Shown: positions 26,179 through 33,788 of the stretch, in pieces | Layout: each line of letters opens with the position of its first letter | Numbering within the stretch: position 1 is the first letter of the stretch | NCBI GenBank assembly: GCA_918290775.1 | Contig: CAKJZF010000068.1 | Coordinates: 1 to 40,760 of the forward strand | Source of the DNA: Clostridiales bacterium | Lineage (GTDB): Bacteria > Bacillota > Clostridia > Oscillospirales > CAG-272 | Direction: 5' to 3' | DNA: 40,760 nucleotides | The notes under the pieces: model-generated | Databases searched by the model: none | The model's input: only the letters and a program-made list of their open reading frames with translations | What the model was told of the DNA's origin: nothing | Translations under genes and position numbers: made by a program

Positions 26179-27192
26179 TCAGCCGTTTTCCAAACTGTCA
26201 TCTGATGCATCATTTTCTACCCCGTTTTCCATTGCAAACGGGTCATAGCCTTCGACATTTACAGACGGATCACCCGATACCGTGACTTCCTGCGGAGCAT
26301 CGGCTTCCCGATCCTTCATCACAAACAAAACCAACAGAATCCCGACGGTCAACACAATGGTTACCGCCAAGCCTCCTTCCGCACCGAACGCGCCGCCGTT
26401 CCAAACGGTGCGCTGTTCGTTTGCGGTTGCCGCCAGCGGAGAAACGCCTGCTCCCGTTCCGCTGACGCTGATGCCGAAAACATTTCCCTGAACGAAATTC
26501 CAAAGGCTATGCATCGCGCAGGCTCCCCAAAGATTTCCGCGCCGCAAAACATACAAAGCCGCAAAAACGCCGAACAGCAGGATATTGAACAGCGCGAGAA
26601 AGGTCACGCCGGAATTGAAGATATGCATGAGCGAAAACGCGAGCGAGCTGACAAACACCGCTACGGCAAGATGGTTCTTTCGCGCCAGCGAAACCATAAA
26701 ATACCCGCGGCAAATCACCTCTTCGCTCATTCCCTGAATGAGAAAACCCATCAGATACAGAAGCCATACGCCAACCGCAAAGCGCTGCGGATCAAGGGTC
26801 ATGGAACCTGTCAGAACGCAGATCAGCACCGCCGCGGCGAACAGCACGGTTCCGACCGCCGCACCGACAAGATACTCAACCGCCGCCCGCTCTTTCCGAA
26901 AGCCGATGGACCGAATATCCCGCTTTTGCACAAACCGGCAAAACAGGATTACAACCACCGTTCCGAGTCCCGTGGCAAACAGCGATCCGACGGTGTACCA
27001 ATCCGGATATTCGGTTGGAATCAGCTCTCCGGTTGAAATCGAAAGAATCAACTGAAGAACAAAGGTCGGGATCCCTTCCGCCACCATTGCAACGACGAAA
27101 ACACCAATGAAGATCAGAATCTCCAAATACCATTTTTTGCCGCCCTTGGCGGCGGCTTCACGCACCATAGCGGGGCGTTTTGGCATTGACAT
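26179..27192 (-). CDS. CPBP family intramembrane metalloprotease (second copy)
   Basis: SEEVICRGYF, SLAFSLMH and HSLWNFVQGN motifs in a polytopic protein with an acidic C-terminal tail. The start at 27192 lies 6 nt after GGGAGGG. Confidence 0.88.
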   Translation of the reverse strand: MSMPKRPAMVREAAAKGGKKWYLEILIFIGVFVVAMVAEGIPTFVLQLILSISTGELIPTEYPDWYTVGSLFATGLGTVVVILFCRFVQKRDIRSIGFRKERAAVEYLVGAAVGTVLFAAAVLICVLTGSMTLDPQRFAVGVWLLYLMGFLIQGMSEEVICRGYFMVSLARKNHLAVAVFVSSLAFSLMHIFNSGVTFLALFNILLFGVFAALYVLRRGNLWGACAMHSLWNFVQGNVFGISVSGTGAGVSPLAATANEQRTVWNGGAFGAEGGLAVTIVLTVGILLVLFVMKDREADAPQEVTVSGDPSVNVEGYDPFAMENGVENDASDDSLENG

Positions 27193-27235
27193 GAAATACC
27201 CTCCCAAAATAAAAAAATGACCGTCTTTTACGTTC

Positions 27236-27264
27236 ATTATAGCAAATTCCCATCGGTTTGTCAA
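27236..27264 (-). promoter_or_regulatory. promoter of the second CPBP gene
   Basis: Perfect consensus on the minus strand: TTGACA (27264-27259), 17 bp, TATAAT (27241-27236). Confidence 0.75.
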
Positions 27265-27336
27265 GTTGATGCGGGCTTTTTAACAATATGTTCATTCCAA
27301 AACCGTAAAACCCTCTTTTTTTCGGCAAATTGGGAC

Positions 27337-27365
27337 TTGCAAAGACAGGAAAAACATGTTATAAT
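27337..27365 (+). promoter_or_regulatory. promoter of the EIIC-like permease gene
   Basis: TTGCAA (27337-27342), 17 bp, TATAAT (27360-27365). Confidence 0.7.
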
Positions 27366-27398
27366 AGGTCAAAACAGGATCAAATCGGAGGTTTAATA

Positions 27399-28496
27399 AT
27401 GAAGGACAAAACCAAATTCACTCTCCAAAAATACGCGCGTCGCTATCTGATTGACGCAATGGGCGCGATGGCGCTCGGACTTTTCGCGTCACTCTTGATC
27501 GGAACGATCTTCAAGGCGCTCGGAATGATTCCGATTCCCAAAGTCAGTGGTTTTCTGACGGAAATCGGCTCCTACGGCGCGGTTATTGCCGGGCCCGCTA
27601 TGGCGGTAGCAATCGCCTATGCGCTCAAGGCACACCCGCTTGTGATTTTTTCCTGTGTGTTGGTCGGGTACATGGCAAACGCCAAGGGCGGCGCGGGAGG
27701 TCCGCTTGCCGTTCTGATCATCGCGATTGCATCGAGCGAGATCGGGATGCTGGTCTCCAAAAAGACAAAAATTGACATTCTGATTACCCCGTTCGTAACC
27801 ATTTTGGTTGGCGGACTGTTGAGCGTTTCCATCGCGCCGCCCATCGGCGTCGCCGTCAGTTGGATCGGGTCCTTCATCGGTTGGGCGACACTTCAACAGC
27901 CCTTCCTGATGGGGTTGATCATCTCGGTCGTCATTGGCATCGCGCTGACGCTTCCCATCAGTTCCGCCGCGATCTGCGCGGCGGTCGGGCTTTCCGCGGT
28001 TGGCGCAACGGGAGCGCTCGCCGCAAATAATCCCGAAGGACTGGCGCTGGCGGGCGGTGCCGCGATTGCGGGTTGCTGCGCACAAATGGTAGGCTTCGCC
28101 GTAATGAGCTTTAAAGAAAACAAATGGGGCGGGCTTGTCTCGCAGGGGATTGGAACCAGTATGCTGCAGATGCCGAACATCGTCAAAAACCCGCGCATCT
28201 GGATCCCGACCATCCTCGCGTCGGCGATCACGGGTCCGCTTTCCACCTGCCTCTTCCGCCTGCGTATGTACGGTCCCGCAATTGACTCGGGTATGGGAAC
28301 CTGCGGATTGCTCGGACCGATCGGACTGATTCTCGGCTGGACCGGCGGAAACTATCCGGCAAGCGTGACGGCACGGGATTGGATCGGGCTGGTTCTGATC
28401 TGCTTCCTTCTCCCCGCGGCGCTTTCCCTGCTCTTCAGCGAAATCCTTTATAAGGTTAAATGGATCAAAGACGGCGACCTGAAATTGCCGGAATAA
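27399..28496 (+). CDS. PTS EIIC-like (PTS_EIIC_2-type) integral membrane permease, stand-alone
   Basis: About 365 aa and highly hydrophobic, with an N-terminus FTLQKYARRYLIDAMGAMALGLFASLLIGTI typical of this family. The start at 27399 lies 7 nt after GGAGG. No EIIA, EIIB, HPr or EI gene is in the window. Confidence 0.75.
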   Translation: MKDKTKFTLQKYARRYLIDAMGAMALGLFASLLIGTIFKALGMIPIPKVSGFLTEIGSYGAVIAGPAMAVAIAYALKAHPLVIFSCVLVGYMANAKGGAGGPLAVLIIAIASSEIGMLVSKKTKIDILITPFVTILVGGLLSVSIAPPIGVAVSWIGSFIGWATLQQPFLMGLIISVVIGIALTLPISSAAICAAVGLSAVGATGALAANNPEGLALAGGAAIAGCCAQMVGFAVMSFKENKWGGLVSQGIGTSMLQMPNIVKNPRIWIPTILASAITGPLSTCLFRLRMYGPAIDSGMGTCGLLGPIGLILGWTGGNYPASVTARDWIGLVLICFLLPAALSLLFSEILYKVKWIKDGDLKLPE

Positions 28497-28500
28497 ACAC

Positions 28501-28544
28501 AAAAAATCGGCGTCGCCCAAAGAAACGGGCGTCGCCGATTTTTT
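28501..28544. terminator. bidirectional intrinsic terminator between convergent genes
   Basis: 14-bp stem aatcggcgtcgccc (28505-28518) / gggcgtcgccgatt (28527-28540) with one mismatch, flanked by A- and T-runs. Confidence 0.85.
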
Positions 28545-29308
28545 CAAACATAATGAATCGCATCCAAACAAAGTTTCAAAGCGTACTCCACCGAGGCGTG
28601 TCCCCAATCGCGTGCGTCGTGCAACGCTCCGGCGAGGCTATCCGCCGTGTATAGCAATTCTCCCCAAATCGCACCGCGCATTTGTGCGCAGGCGGCAAGA
28701 GCCGCACATTCCATTTCCACCACAGAACATCCCTCTGCGCGTCTTCGTTCCACTTTGGAGCGCGTTTCGCGGAAAAAGCCGTCGGTCGTCCATGTAGTCA
28801 CCTCGGTAAACGCATGTCCATGATCGCGCAAAGCCTTACCGATTGCGCTGCGGGCGGCAGGATTCGCGTCAATCCAACGGGAGGGAGAAACATAATGGAA
28901 TGATGTTCCCTCATCGCGCAAGGCGCGGGACGGGACAAGAAACACATTTTCCGGGAAATCAGTCAAAACACCGCAGGAACCGGCGGAAATGATTTTTTGC
29001 ACCCCGTGGGCAATCAGCCAATCCAAAATCTGCGTGGCAGCCGGAGCGCCAACCGGAGCCTGCACCATACAGATCTGTTCCCCACGATCGTCCACTATAT
29101 AAACAGGAAAGTCCTTGGTTGCGGACTCGAAAAAGGCGACGGGGGCAACTCCATGTGACTGCGCATAGCGGTCGACGGCGTCTCTCAAAAAGGCAAAAAC
29201 CGCTTTGGACGGCAGACGCAGATCCGGCAGCTCATGTCCGGGCGTGATGACAGCCGACGGATCGGGGTCATATTCCAGAATCGGGATCTCTTGTTCGGAG
29301 ACAGTCAT
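28544..29308 (-). CDS. nucleoside phosphorylase family protein (PNP/UDP-1 fold, uridine-phosphorylase-like)
   Basis: About 254 aa with GAPAA...SAGSCG and RDEGTS...VEMECAA motifs. The start at 29308 lies 6 nt after GAAAGAAGG. Confidence 0.8.
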   Translation of the reverse strand: MTVSEQEIPILEYDPDPSAVITPGHELPDLRLPSKAVFAFLRDAVDRYAQSHGVAPVAFFESATKDFPVYIVDDRGEQICMVQAPVGAPAATQILDWLIAHGVQKIISAGSCGVLTDFPENVFLVPSRALRDEGTSFHYVSPSRWIDANPAARSAIGKALRDHGHAFTEVTTWTTDGFFRETRSKVERRRAEGCSVVEMECAALAACAQMRGAIWGELLYTADSLAGALHDARDWGHASVEYALKLCLDAIHYV

Positions 29309-29328
29309 AGAATACCTTCTTTCATGAT

Positions 29329-29372
29329 GTAAAAACCGCAAATTTGCCGGATCAGCAAACTTGCGGTTTTCC
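29329..29372 (-). terminator. intrinsic terminator downstream of tRNA-Val
   Basis: 14-bp stem aaccgcaaatttgc (29334-29347) / gcaaacttgcggtt (29355-29368) including one G-U pair, followed by a T-run on the minus strand. Confidence 0.8.
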
Positions 29373-29475
29373 AAATGGACGGGGCATTCAGGAATGGATC
29401 CCAACTGCACCATCGGGAAATGAGACTTGGCATATTGATGCACGTCCCCGAGAATTGGGAGCAGCAACTTGCCGT

Positions 29476-29552
<77 letters not shown>

Positions 29553-29566
29553 ATGGAACGGAACTT

Positions 29567-29595
29567 ATTATAGCATATTTCCGTTGGAATGTCAA
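29567..29595 (-). promoter_or_regulatory. tRNA-Val promoter
   Basis: Perfect consensus on the minus strand: TTGACA (29595-29590), 17 bp, TATAAT (29572-29567). Confidence 0.75.
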
Positions 29596-29614
29596 GCATT
29601 TTTTTGAAAAAACC

Positions 29615-29643
29615 TTGCTTTTTTCGGCGTTTTATGATATACT
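29615..29643 (+). promoter_or_regulatory. tRNA-Arg promoter
   Basis: TTGCTT (29615-29620), 17 bp, TGATATACT (-10 at 29638-29643). Confidence 0.65.
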
Positions 29644-29659
29644 GTTATACGTTCCGAAT

Positions 29660-29736
29660 GTTTCCGTAGCTCAGCAGGATAGAGCAACCGCCTCCTAAGC
29701 GGTAGGTCGGGCGTTCGAATCGCCTCGGGAACGCCA
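29660..29736 (+). tRNA. tRNA-Arg (anticodon CCT)
   Basis: The 77-nt sequence GTTTCCGTAGCTCAGCAGGATAGAGCAACCGCCTCCTAAGCGGTAGGTCGGGCGTTCGAATCGCCTCGGGAACGCCA forms a clean cloverleaf. The anticodon loop is CTCCTAA and CCA is encoded. Confidence 0.92.
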
Positions 29737-29833
29737 AAAGAGACGGTGCTATGCGCCGTCTCTTTTTGGTGTTTTCGAGGATATGAGAATGCCCTTACCG
29801 TTGCAAAGCAACGGTTTACGACGCAAACTGAAG
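29711..29833 (+). repeat. direct repeat copy 1: tRNA-Arg 3' end, terminator and ~65-nt flank
   Basis: Aligns to 29865-29986 at an offset of 155 nt. A 78-nt block (29717-29794 versus 29872-29949) and a 20-nt block are identical. The copies differ by one 1-nt indel and two substitutions, and similarity fades after about 29817. Confidence 0.9.
29737..29768 (+). terminator. intrinsic terminator after tRNA-Arg (an identical copy lies at about 29892-29923)
   Basis: Stem agagacgg (29739-29746) / ccgtctct (29756-29763), followed by TTTTT. Confidence 0.85.
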
Positions 29834-29864
29834 AAAAGCACCAATGCATTTGCGGAGCGGAGTT

Positions 29865-29986
29865 GCGTTCTGAATCGCCTCGGGAACGCCAAAAGAGACG
29901 GTGCTATGCGCCGTCTCTTTTTGGTGTTTTCGAGGATATGAGAATGCCCCGACCGTTGCAAAGCAACGGTTGGAGACGCCAATGAA
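29865..29986 (+). repeat. direct repeat copy 2: orphan tRNA-Arg 3' fragment, terminator and flank
   Basis: Contains gaatcgcctcgggaacgcca (T-loop through CCA) with no matching 5' half of a tRNA. The same terminator and the hairpin accgttgc-aaa-gcaacggt follow. Confidence 0.9.
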
Positions 29987-30007
29987 TCGCGTAATCGCGA
30001 ACGGATG

Positions 30008-30208
30008 TCAGATCTGCTTCTGCACGCTTTTATATTCGTCGTAGAAGCGGTAATAAGGGCAACTTCTTGTGCTCCCCGCCAAAAAGTTTGCAAGATCGTC
30101 CTGATCTAAATTCACCGCGCAAAAATAGGTCTCGTAATCCTCGTCATAATCATAGAACACGCAACTTTCACAGTTTGCCTGTGTTCCCTTCTTTTCTGTC
30201 TGTTTCAT
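30008..30208 (-). CDS. acidic 66-aa protein with four Cys (CxxC...C...C), function unknown
   Basis: The ATG overlaps the stop of the upstream XRE gene (ATGA at 30205-30208). The sequence is MKQTEKKGTQANCESCVFYDYDEDYETYFCAVNLDQDDLANFLAGSTRSCPYYRFYDEY.... There is no hydrophobic segment. Confidence 0.65.
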   Translation of the reverse strand: MKQTEKKGTQANCESCVFYDYDEDYETYFCAVNLDQDDLANFLAGSTRSCPYYRFYDEYKSVQKQI

Positions 30209-31089
30209 TTCTTCAGCAGCTGCTCATGCAGTTGCACCCTTTCGTTCGCATATCGGTATGCTCCCTTATAGTCATCCGTTTCCCGGCAGGCGATTTCCAA
30301 ATCGCTCAACACCACGTATAGCTCCACCTCATTAAGAATCGGCGCCGGAGCAACGAGAATTGCCGTTAAAATCGTTTTTGACTCGGTAAATTCACCTCTT
30401 TTTAAATGATATTTCGCTTGCAAATGTTTTGCAAAGAAGGACGTTTCCGAAAATTCACGAAAATAGGTCTGTGCGGGTTCCGGGTTATCAGCGTCCAGCG
30501 CATCCAATGCGTCAACATAGGCGGCAAACGGCGTTTTCAGCACGATTTCCGGCTTCCGACCGTCATCCAAAATCTCCGAATAGAGCGTTGGGGAAATCCG
30601 CTGCATAAAACGAAAGTAGACCTCCGCGGTCGCCATCAGTTGCGGTTGCGGATAAATGGTTTTTGCGGCGTATTCCATTGCTTCGTCAAACGATCGGCAA
30701 GCGGAATGCAATCTTCCGCTCCAAAACGCGTCTTCAGCGATCCCGAGACAGCTTTGCGCCAACAGCAGACAAAGTTCGTCGTCCGGTTCGCCCGTGACCG
30801 ACAAACACAAACTCCGGCAACCCATCCAGTCCCCTTCTCGGAATGCGCGTTTCATATTGGCGATGCTGTTCATCTTGCGATAAACCGGTTCCTCGCCCTC
30901 GTCCGCAAGGAGAAACCCGACCGGAACGCCCAGTCGCTCCGCAAGATAAACAACGGTGGGAAGCGAGGGCTGTGCCGCACCGTTTTCGATGCAACTGATC
31001 ATGTTACGTGTGATTTTCCCGCCCGCAAGTTCGGACTGCGTCATCAATTTTGCAACCCGTAATGCGCGGATTTTTTCTCCCACGTTCAT
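30205..31089 (-). CDS. XRE-family HTH regulator with a long helical-repeat (TPR-like) C-terminal domain
   Basis: N-terminal IRALRVAKLMTQSELAG...ISCIENG...PSL..VVYLAERLGV is a classic XRE HTH. About 220 further residues are predicted helical and repeat-like, giving an RNPP/Rgg-like size (294 aa). RBS GGAAAGAGAAGG. Confidence 0.85.
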   Translation of the reverse strand: MNVGEKIRALRVAKLMTQSELAGGKITRNMISCIENGAAQPSLPTVVYLAERLGVPVGFLLADEGEEPVYRKMNSIANMKRAFREGDWMGCRSLCLSVTGEPDDELCLLLAQSCLGIAEDAFWSGRLHSACRSFDEAMEYAAKTIYPQPQLMATAEVYFRFMQRISPTLYSEILDDGRKPEIVLKTPFAAYVDALDALDADNPEPAQTYFREFSETSFFAKHLQAKYHLKRGEFTESKTILTAILVAPAPILNEVELYVVLSDLEIACRETDDYKGAYRYANERVQLHEQLLKK

Positions 31090-31128
31090 ATCATGCCTTC
31101 TCTTTCCACCGTTGAACCGATTTGTTTT

Positions 31129-31782
31129 TTACTTTTTCCGATTGACCAATTGCTTTTTGGCTTTTTCTTTTGTCGCTTCTTCGCGCAATTTTCCTGCCTT
31201 TTCAATCAGCTTTTCCGCTTTTGCTTCGGCTCTCTTTGCCGCCTGCTCCGCAGTCTCCTGACCCGCAACGATCACCGCCGCGACTTTTCGCGTTGCCGAT
31301 CCGCACGCCTTCAGAAACGCCCCGACACGCGCGTGAAGCGTTTTCGAACGGATGTATGCGTCGATCAGCTTATAGGCACGGTCAATGTTTTTGGTCAACA
31401 GGTCTGCGATCCGATCGGCAACTTCCTTGTAGATTCCCTCTGCGGTATACCTTGCCTGATCCATACGAATGCGGTATTCCTGCTCCGCCTTCTCCTCGAT
31501 CACCCTGGCTTTCTCCCGTGCGGGAGCCAGCAAGTTTTCATAGTCACCGTCCATTTTCTTGATGAGCTTTTCATACAGCTCAACCTTTTGCTCAACGGTT
31601 TCATCGCCGCCTGTGAGCTTGTAGAGTTTGGCTTCCAATTCGGAAACACGCTTCTGAAGCCCGACAACCTCGGACGCTTTCTGTTGCAATCTGACCTCGA
31701 TCTCTTCCTTCAGAAATTTGTCAACGTCCTGCTTGTTATAACCGTTGATCGCATTTTTGAAATGTACCGTGAGTTCCGACAT
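31129..31782 (-). CDS. DivIVA domain-containing coiled-coil protein
   Basis: FKNAINGYNKQDVDKFL DivIVA N-terminal motif, then a long coiled coil. The start at 31782 lies 5 nt after GGGAGG. Confidence 0.85.
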   Translation of the reverse strand: MSELTVHFKNAINGYNKQDVDKFLKEEIEVRLQQKASEVVGLQKRVSELEAKLYKLTGGDETVEQKVELYEKLIKKMDGDYENLLAPAREKARVIEEKAEQEYRIRMDQARYTAEGIYKEVADRIADLLTKNIDRAYKLIDAYIRSKTLHARVGAFLKACGSATRKVAAVIVAGQETAEQAAKRAEAKAEKLIEKAGKLREEATKEKAKKQLVNRKK

Positions 31783-31838
31783 GGCAACCTCCCTGTTTTT
31801 CCGCTCTTTTGTCACGGAAAACACCTATACATACTATA

Positions 31839-31867
31839 AATATATCACAAAAAAAACGCCCTTGCAA
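31839..31867 (-). promoter_or_regulatory. promoter of the DivIVA / XRE / mini-protein operon
   Basis: Minus strand TTGCAA (31867-31862), 17 bp, TGATATATT (-10 at 31844-31839). Confidence 0.6.
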
Positions 31868-31971
31868 TCTTTTTTTCGTGATTTTCGGAAATTCAGCGAT
31901 TTGCACAATCCGTGACTCGACCGTTCTCCAACAAACCATTCAACAATCGACATTGATCGACTAAACAGGAA

Positions 31972-32002
31972 CGCCCCCGACGGATTTTTTCCGTCGGGGG
32001 CG
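31972..32002 (-). terminator. hairpin terminator after hydA
   Basis: 12-bp GC-rich stem cgcccccgacgg (31972-31983) / ccgtcgggggcg (31991-32002). The U-tract on the minus strand is imperfect (TTCCTGTTT). Confidence 0.65.
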
Positions 32003-32009
32003 TGAAAAA

Positions 32010-33767
32010 TCAATACAGACCGCGCTTGATATAGCTGGTGTGCAGGATCTCATGCGCCTTATGGCTGTTCGGCTCGCCGAGGAACTCCTCATAGAGCTTC
32101 TTGACCGCCAGGTTATCCTGCGATTTTCTCAACGTCTCGTCGGCGTCGTCCTTATAGAGGACTGCGGCACGAATCGCACGCAGGTCTTTGTTCATCCGGA
32201 CTTTTGCCGGCTGAATCGGCTGTCCGCCGCCGTTGACGCATCCGCCCGGGCACGCCATGATCTCGATGAACTGAACGTCGAGCTCGCCGCTCTTCACTTT
32301 GTTGAGCAGTTCTTTCGCCTTGCCTGTGCTGGAGGCAACCGCAACGTTGACCGTCAGATCGCCGAGTTTGTAGGAAGCCGTCTTGATTCCTTCCGTGCCG
32401 CGCACTTCGGGGAAATCGACCTTCTCGAGCTTTTTGCCGAGAATGATCTCTGCCGCATAGCGGAGAGCCGCTTCCATTACGCCGCCGGTTGCGCCGAAGA
32501 TGGCGCCGGCGCCCGAACCGATGTCAAACGGATCGTCAAATTTACCGTCCTCCAAAGAGCGGAAGTCAATTCCAGCCTTTTGGATCATGCGTCCGACTTC
32601 ACGGGTCGTGATCGCAACGTCAACGTCCGGGATTCCCGCCGCACTCTGATCGGGTCTAGTAACCTCGAACTTCTTCGCGGTACACGGAATGGCGGATACC
32701 ATGAAGATGTCTTTGGGATCCCATCCCTTCTTCTGTGCGTAGTAGGTCTTGACGATCGCGCCGAACATTTGCTGCGGCGACTTGCAGGTGGAAAGATTTT
32801 CCGTAAATTCAGGGAAATAATGCTCGCAGAACTTAATCCATCCGGGAGAGCAGGAGGTGATCATCGGCAGAACACCGTTGTTCTGGATTCTTCCGAGCAA
32901 TTCGGTCGCTTCCTCAACGATGGTCAGGTCGGCGGTCAGGTTCATATCGTAAACGCCGTCGAAACCAAGGGCTTTGAGTGCCGTGACCATTTTCCCTTCC
33001 GCGTCCGTGCCAGGTTCATAGCCGAAGCATTCCCCGATCTGCGCCCGAACAGACGGCGCCGTGCAGATCACAACGTGTTTGTTCGGATCAGCGATCGCGT
33101 CAAACACTTGATCCGTATCGTCTCTCTCATAGAGCGCACCAACCGGGCAGGACACGATGCACTGTCCACAGTTGATACAAGAGGTGTCCGCCAAATGTTG
33201 CTCAAATTGAGAACCGATGTAGGTATCAAAGCCGCGGTTGTTCGCTCCGATCACGCCGATGCCCTGAATTTTCGCACAGGTTGCAACGCAACGGCGGCAA
33301 AGGATACATTTGTTGTTGTCGCGAATGATCGGCGTTTTATTGTCGATCTCGTAGTGATGGGTTTCGCCCGAAAAGGTCGATTGATCCACACCGTATTCGC
33401 GGCAAAGGGTTTGCAATTCGCAATTTGTGGAGCGAACGCAGGAAAGACATTTTTTATCATGGTTGGAAAGCAACAGTTCCAAATTCATTTTGCGGGAAGC
33501 AATGATCTTGGGCGTGTTGGTCTTGATCTGCATTCCCTCCGTGCAGGGGTACACGCAGGCGGTAACCATTCTCCAAGGACCGAGCGCGGGACCGCGCATC
33601 TCGGCAACTTCCACCAAACACAGGCGGCAGGCGCCGATCTCGTTGATGTCCTTGAGATAACAGAGCGTGGGAATGTCAATATTGGCGGCTTTTGCGGCTT
33701 CCAAAACCGTTGCGCCTTTTTCAACGGAATATTCTTTTCCGTTAATTACAACTTTAATCATATCCAT
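32010..33767 (-). CDS. hydA: [FeFe] hydrogenase catalytic subunit (group A, HydABC-type)
   Basis: 585 aa. It has an N-terminal 2Fe-2S ferredoxin-like fold, then a His/Cys cluster and 2x[4Fe-4S] motifs (CILCRRCVATC, CINCGQCIVSCP). H-domain motifs are IPCTAKKFE and EIMACPGGCVNGGGQP. The L1 motif reads TSCSPGW. Confidence 0.93.
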   Translation of the reverse strand: MDMIKVVINGKEYSVEKGATVLEAAKAANIDIPTLCYLKDINEIGACRLCLVEVAEMRGPALGPWRMVTACVYPCTEGMQIKTNTPKIIASRKMNLELLLSNHDKKCLSCVRSTNCELQTLCREYGVDQSTFSGETHHYEIDNKTPIIRDNNKCILCRRCVATCAKIQGIGVIGANNRGFDTYIGSQFEQHLADTSCINCGQCIVSCPVGALYERDDTDQVFDAIADPNKHVVICTAPSVRAQIGECFGYEPGTDAEGKMVTALKALGFDGVYDMNLTADLTIVEEATELLGRIQNNGVLPMITSCSPGWIKFCEHYFPEFTENLSTCKSPQQMFGAIVKTYYAQKKGWDPKDIFMVSAIPCTAKKFEVTRPDQSAAGIPDVDVAITTREVGRMIQKAGIDFRSLEDGKFDDPFDIGSGAGAIFGATGGVMEAALRYAAEIILGKKLEKVDFPEVRGTEGIKTASYKLGDLTVNVAVASSTGKAKELLNKVKSGELDVQFIEIMACPGGCVNGGGQPIQPAKVRMNKDLRAIRAAVLYKDDADETLRKSQDNLAVKKLYEEFLGEPNSHKAHEILHTSYIKRGLY

Positions 33768-33788
33768 TTTATCCGCAATCCCCTTTCT

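Noticed and set aside
30008-30208. Small ORF as a secreted RNPP/Rgg-type signalling pro-peptide
   Set aside because: It has no N-terminal hydrophobic or signal segment, it is highly acidic, and it carries four Cys. It is retained as an intracellular partner hypothesis instead.
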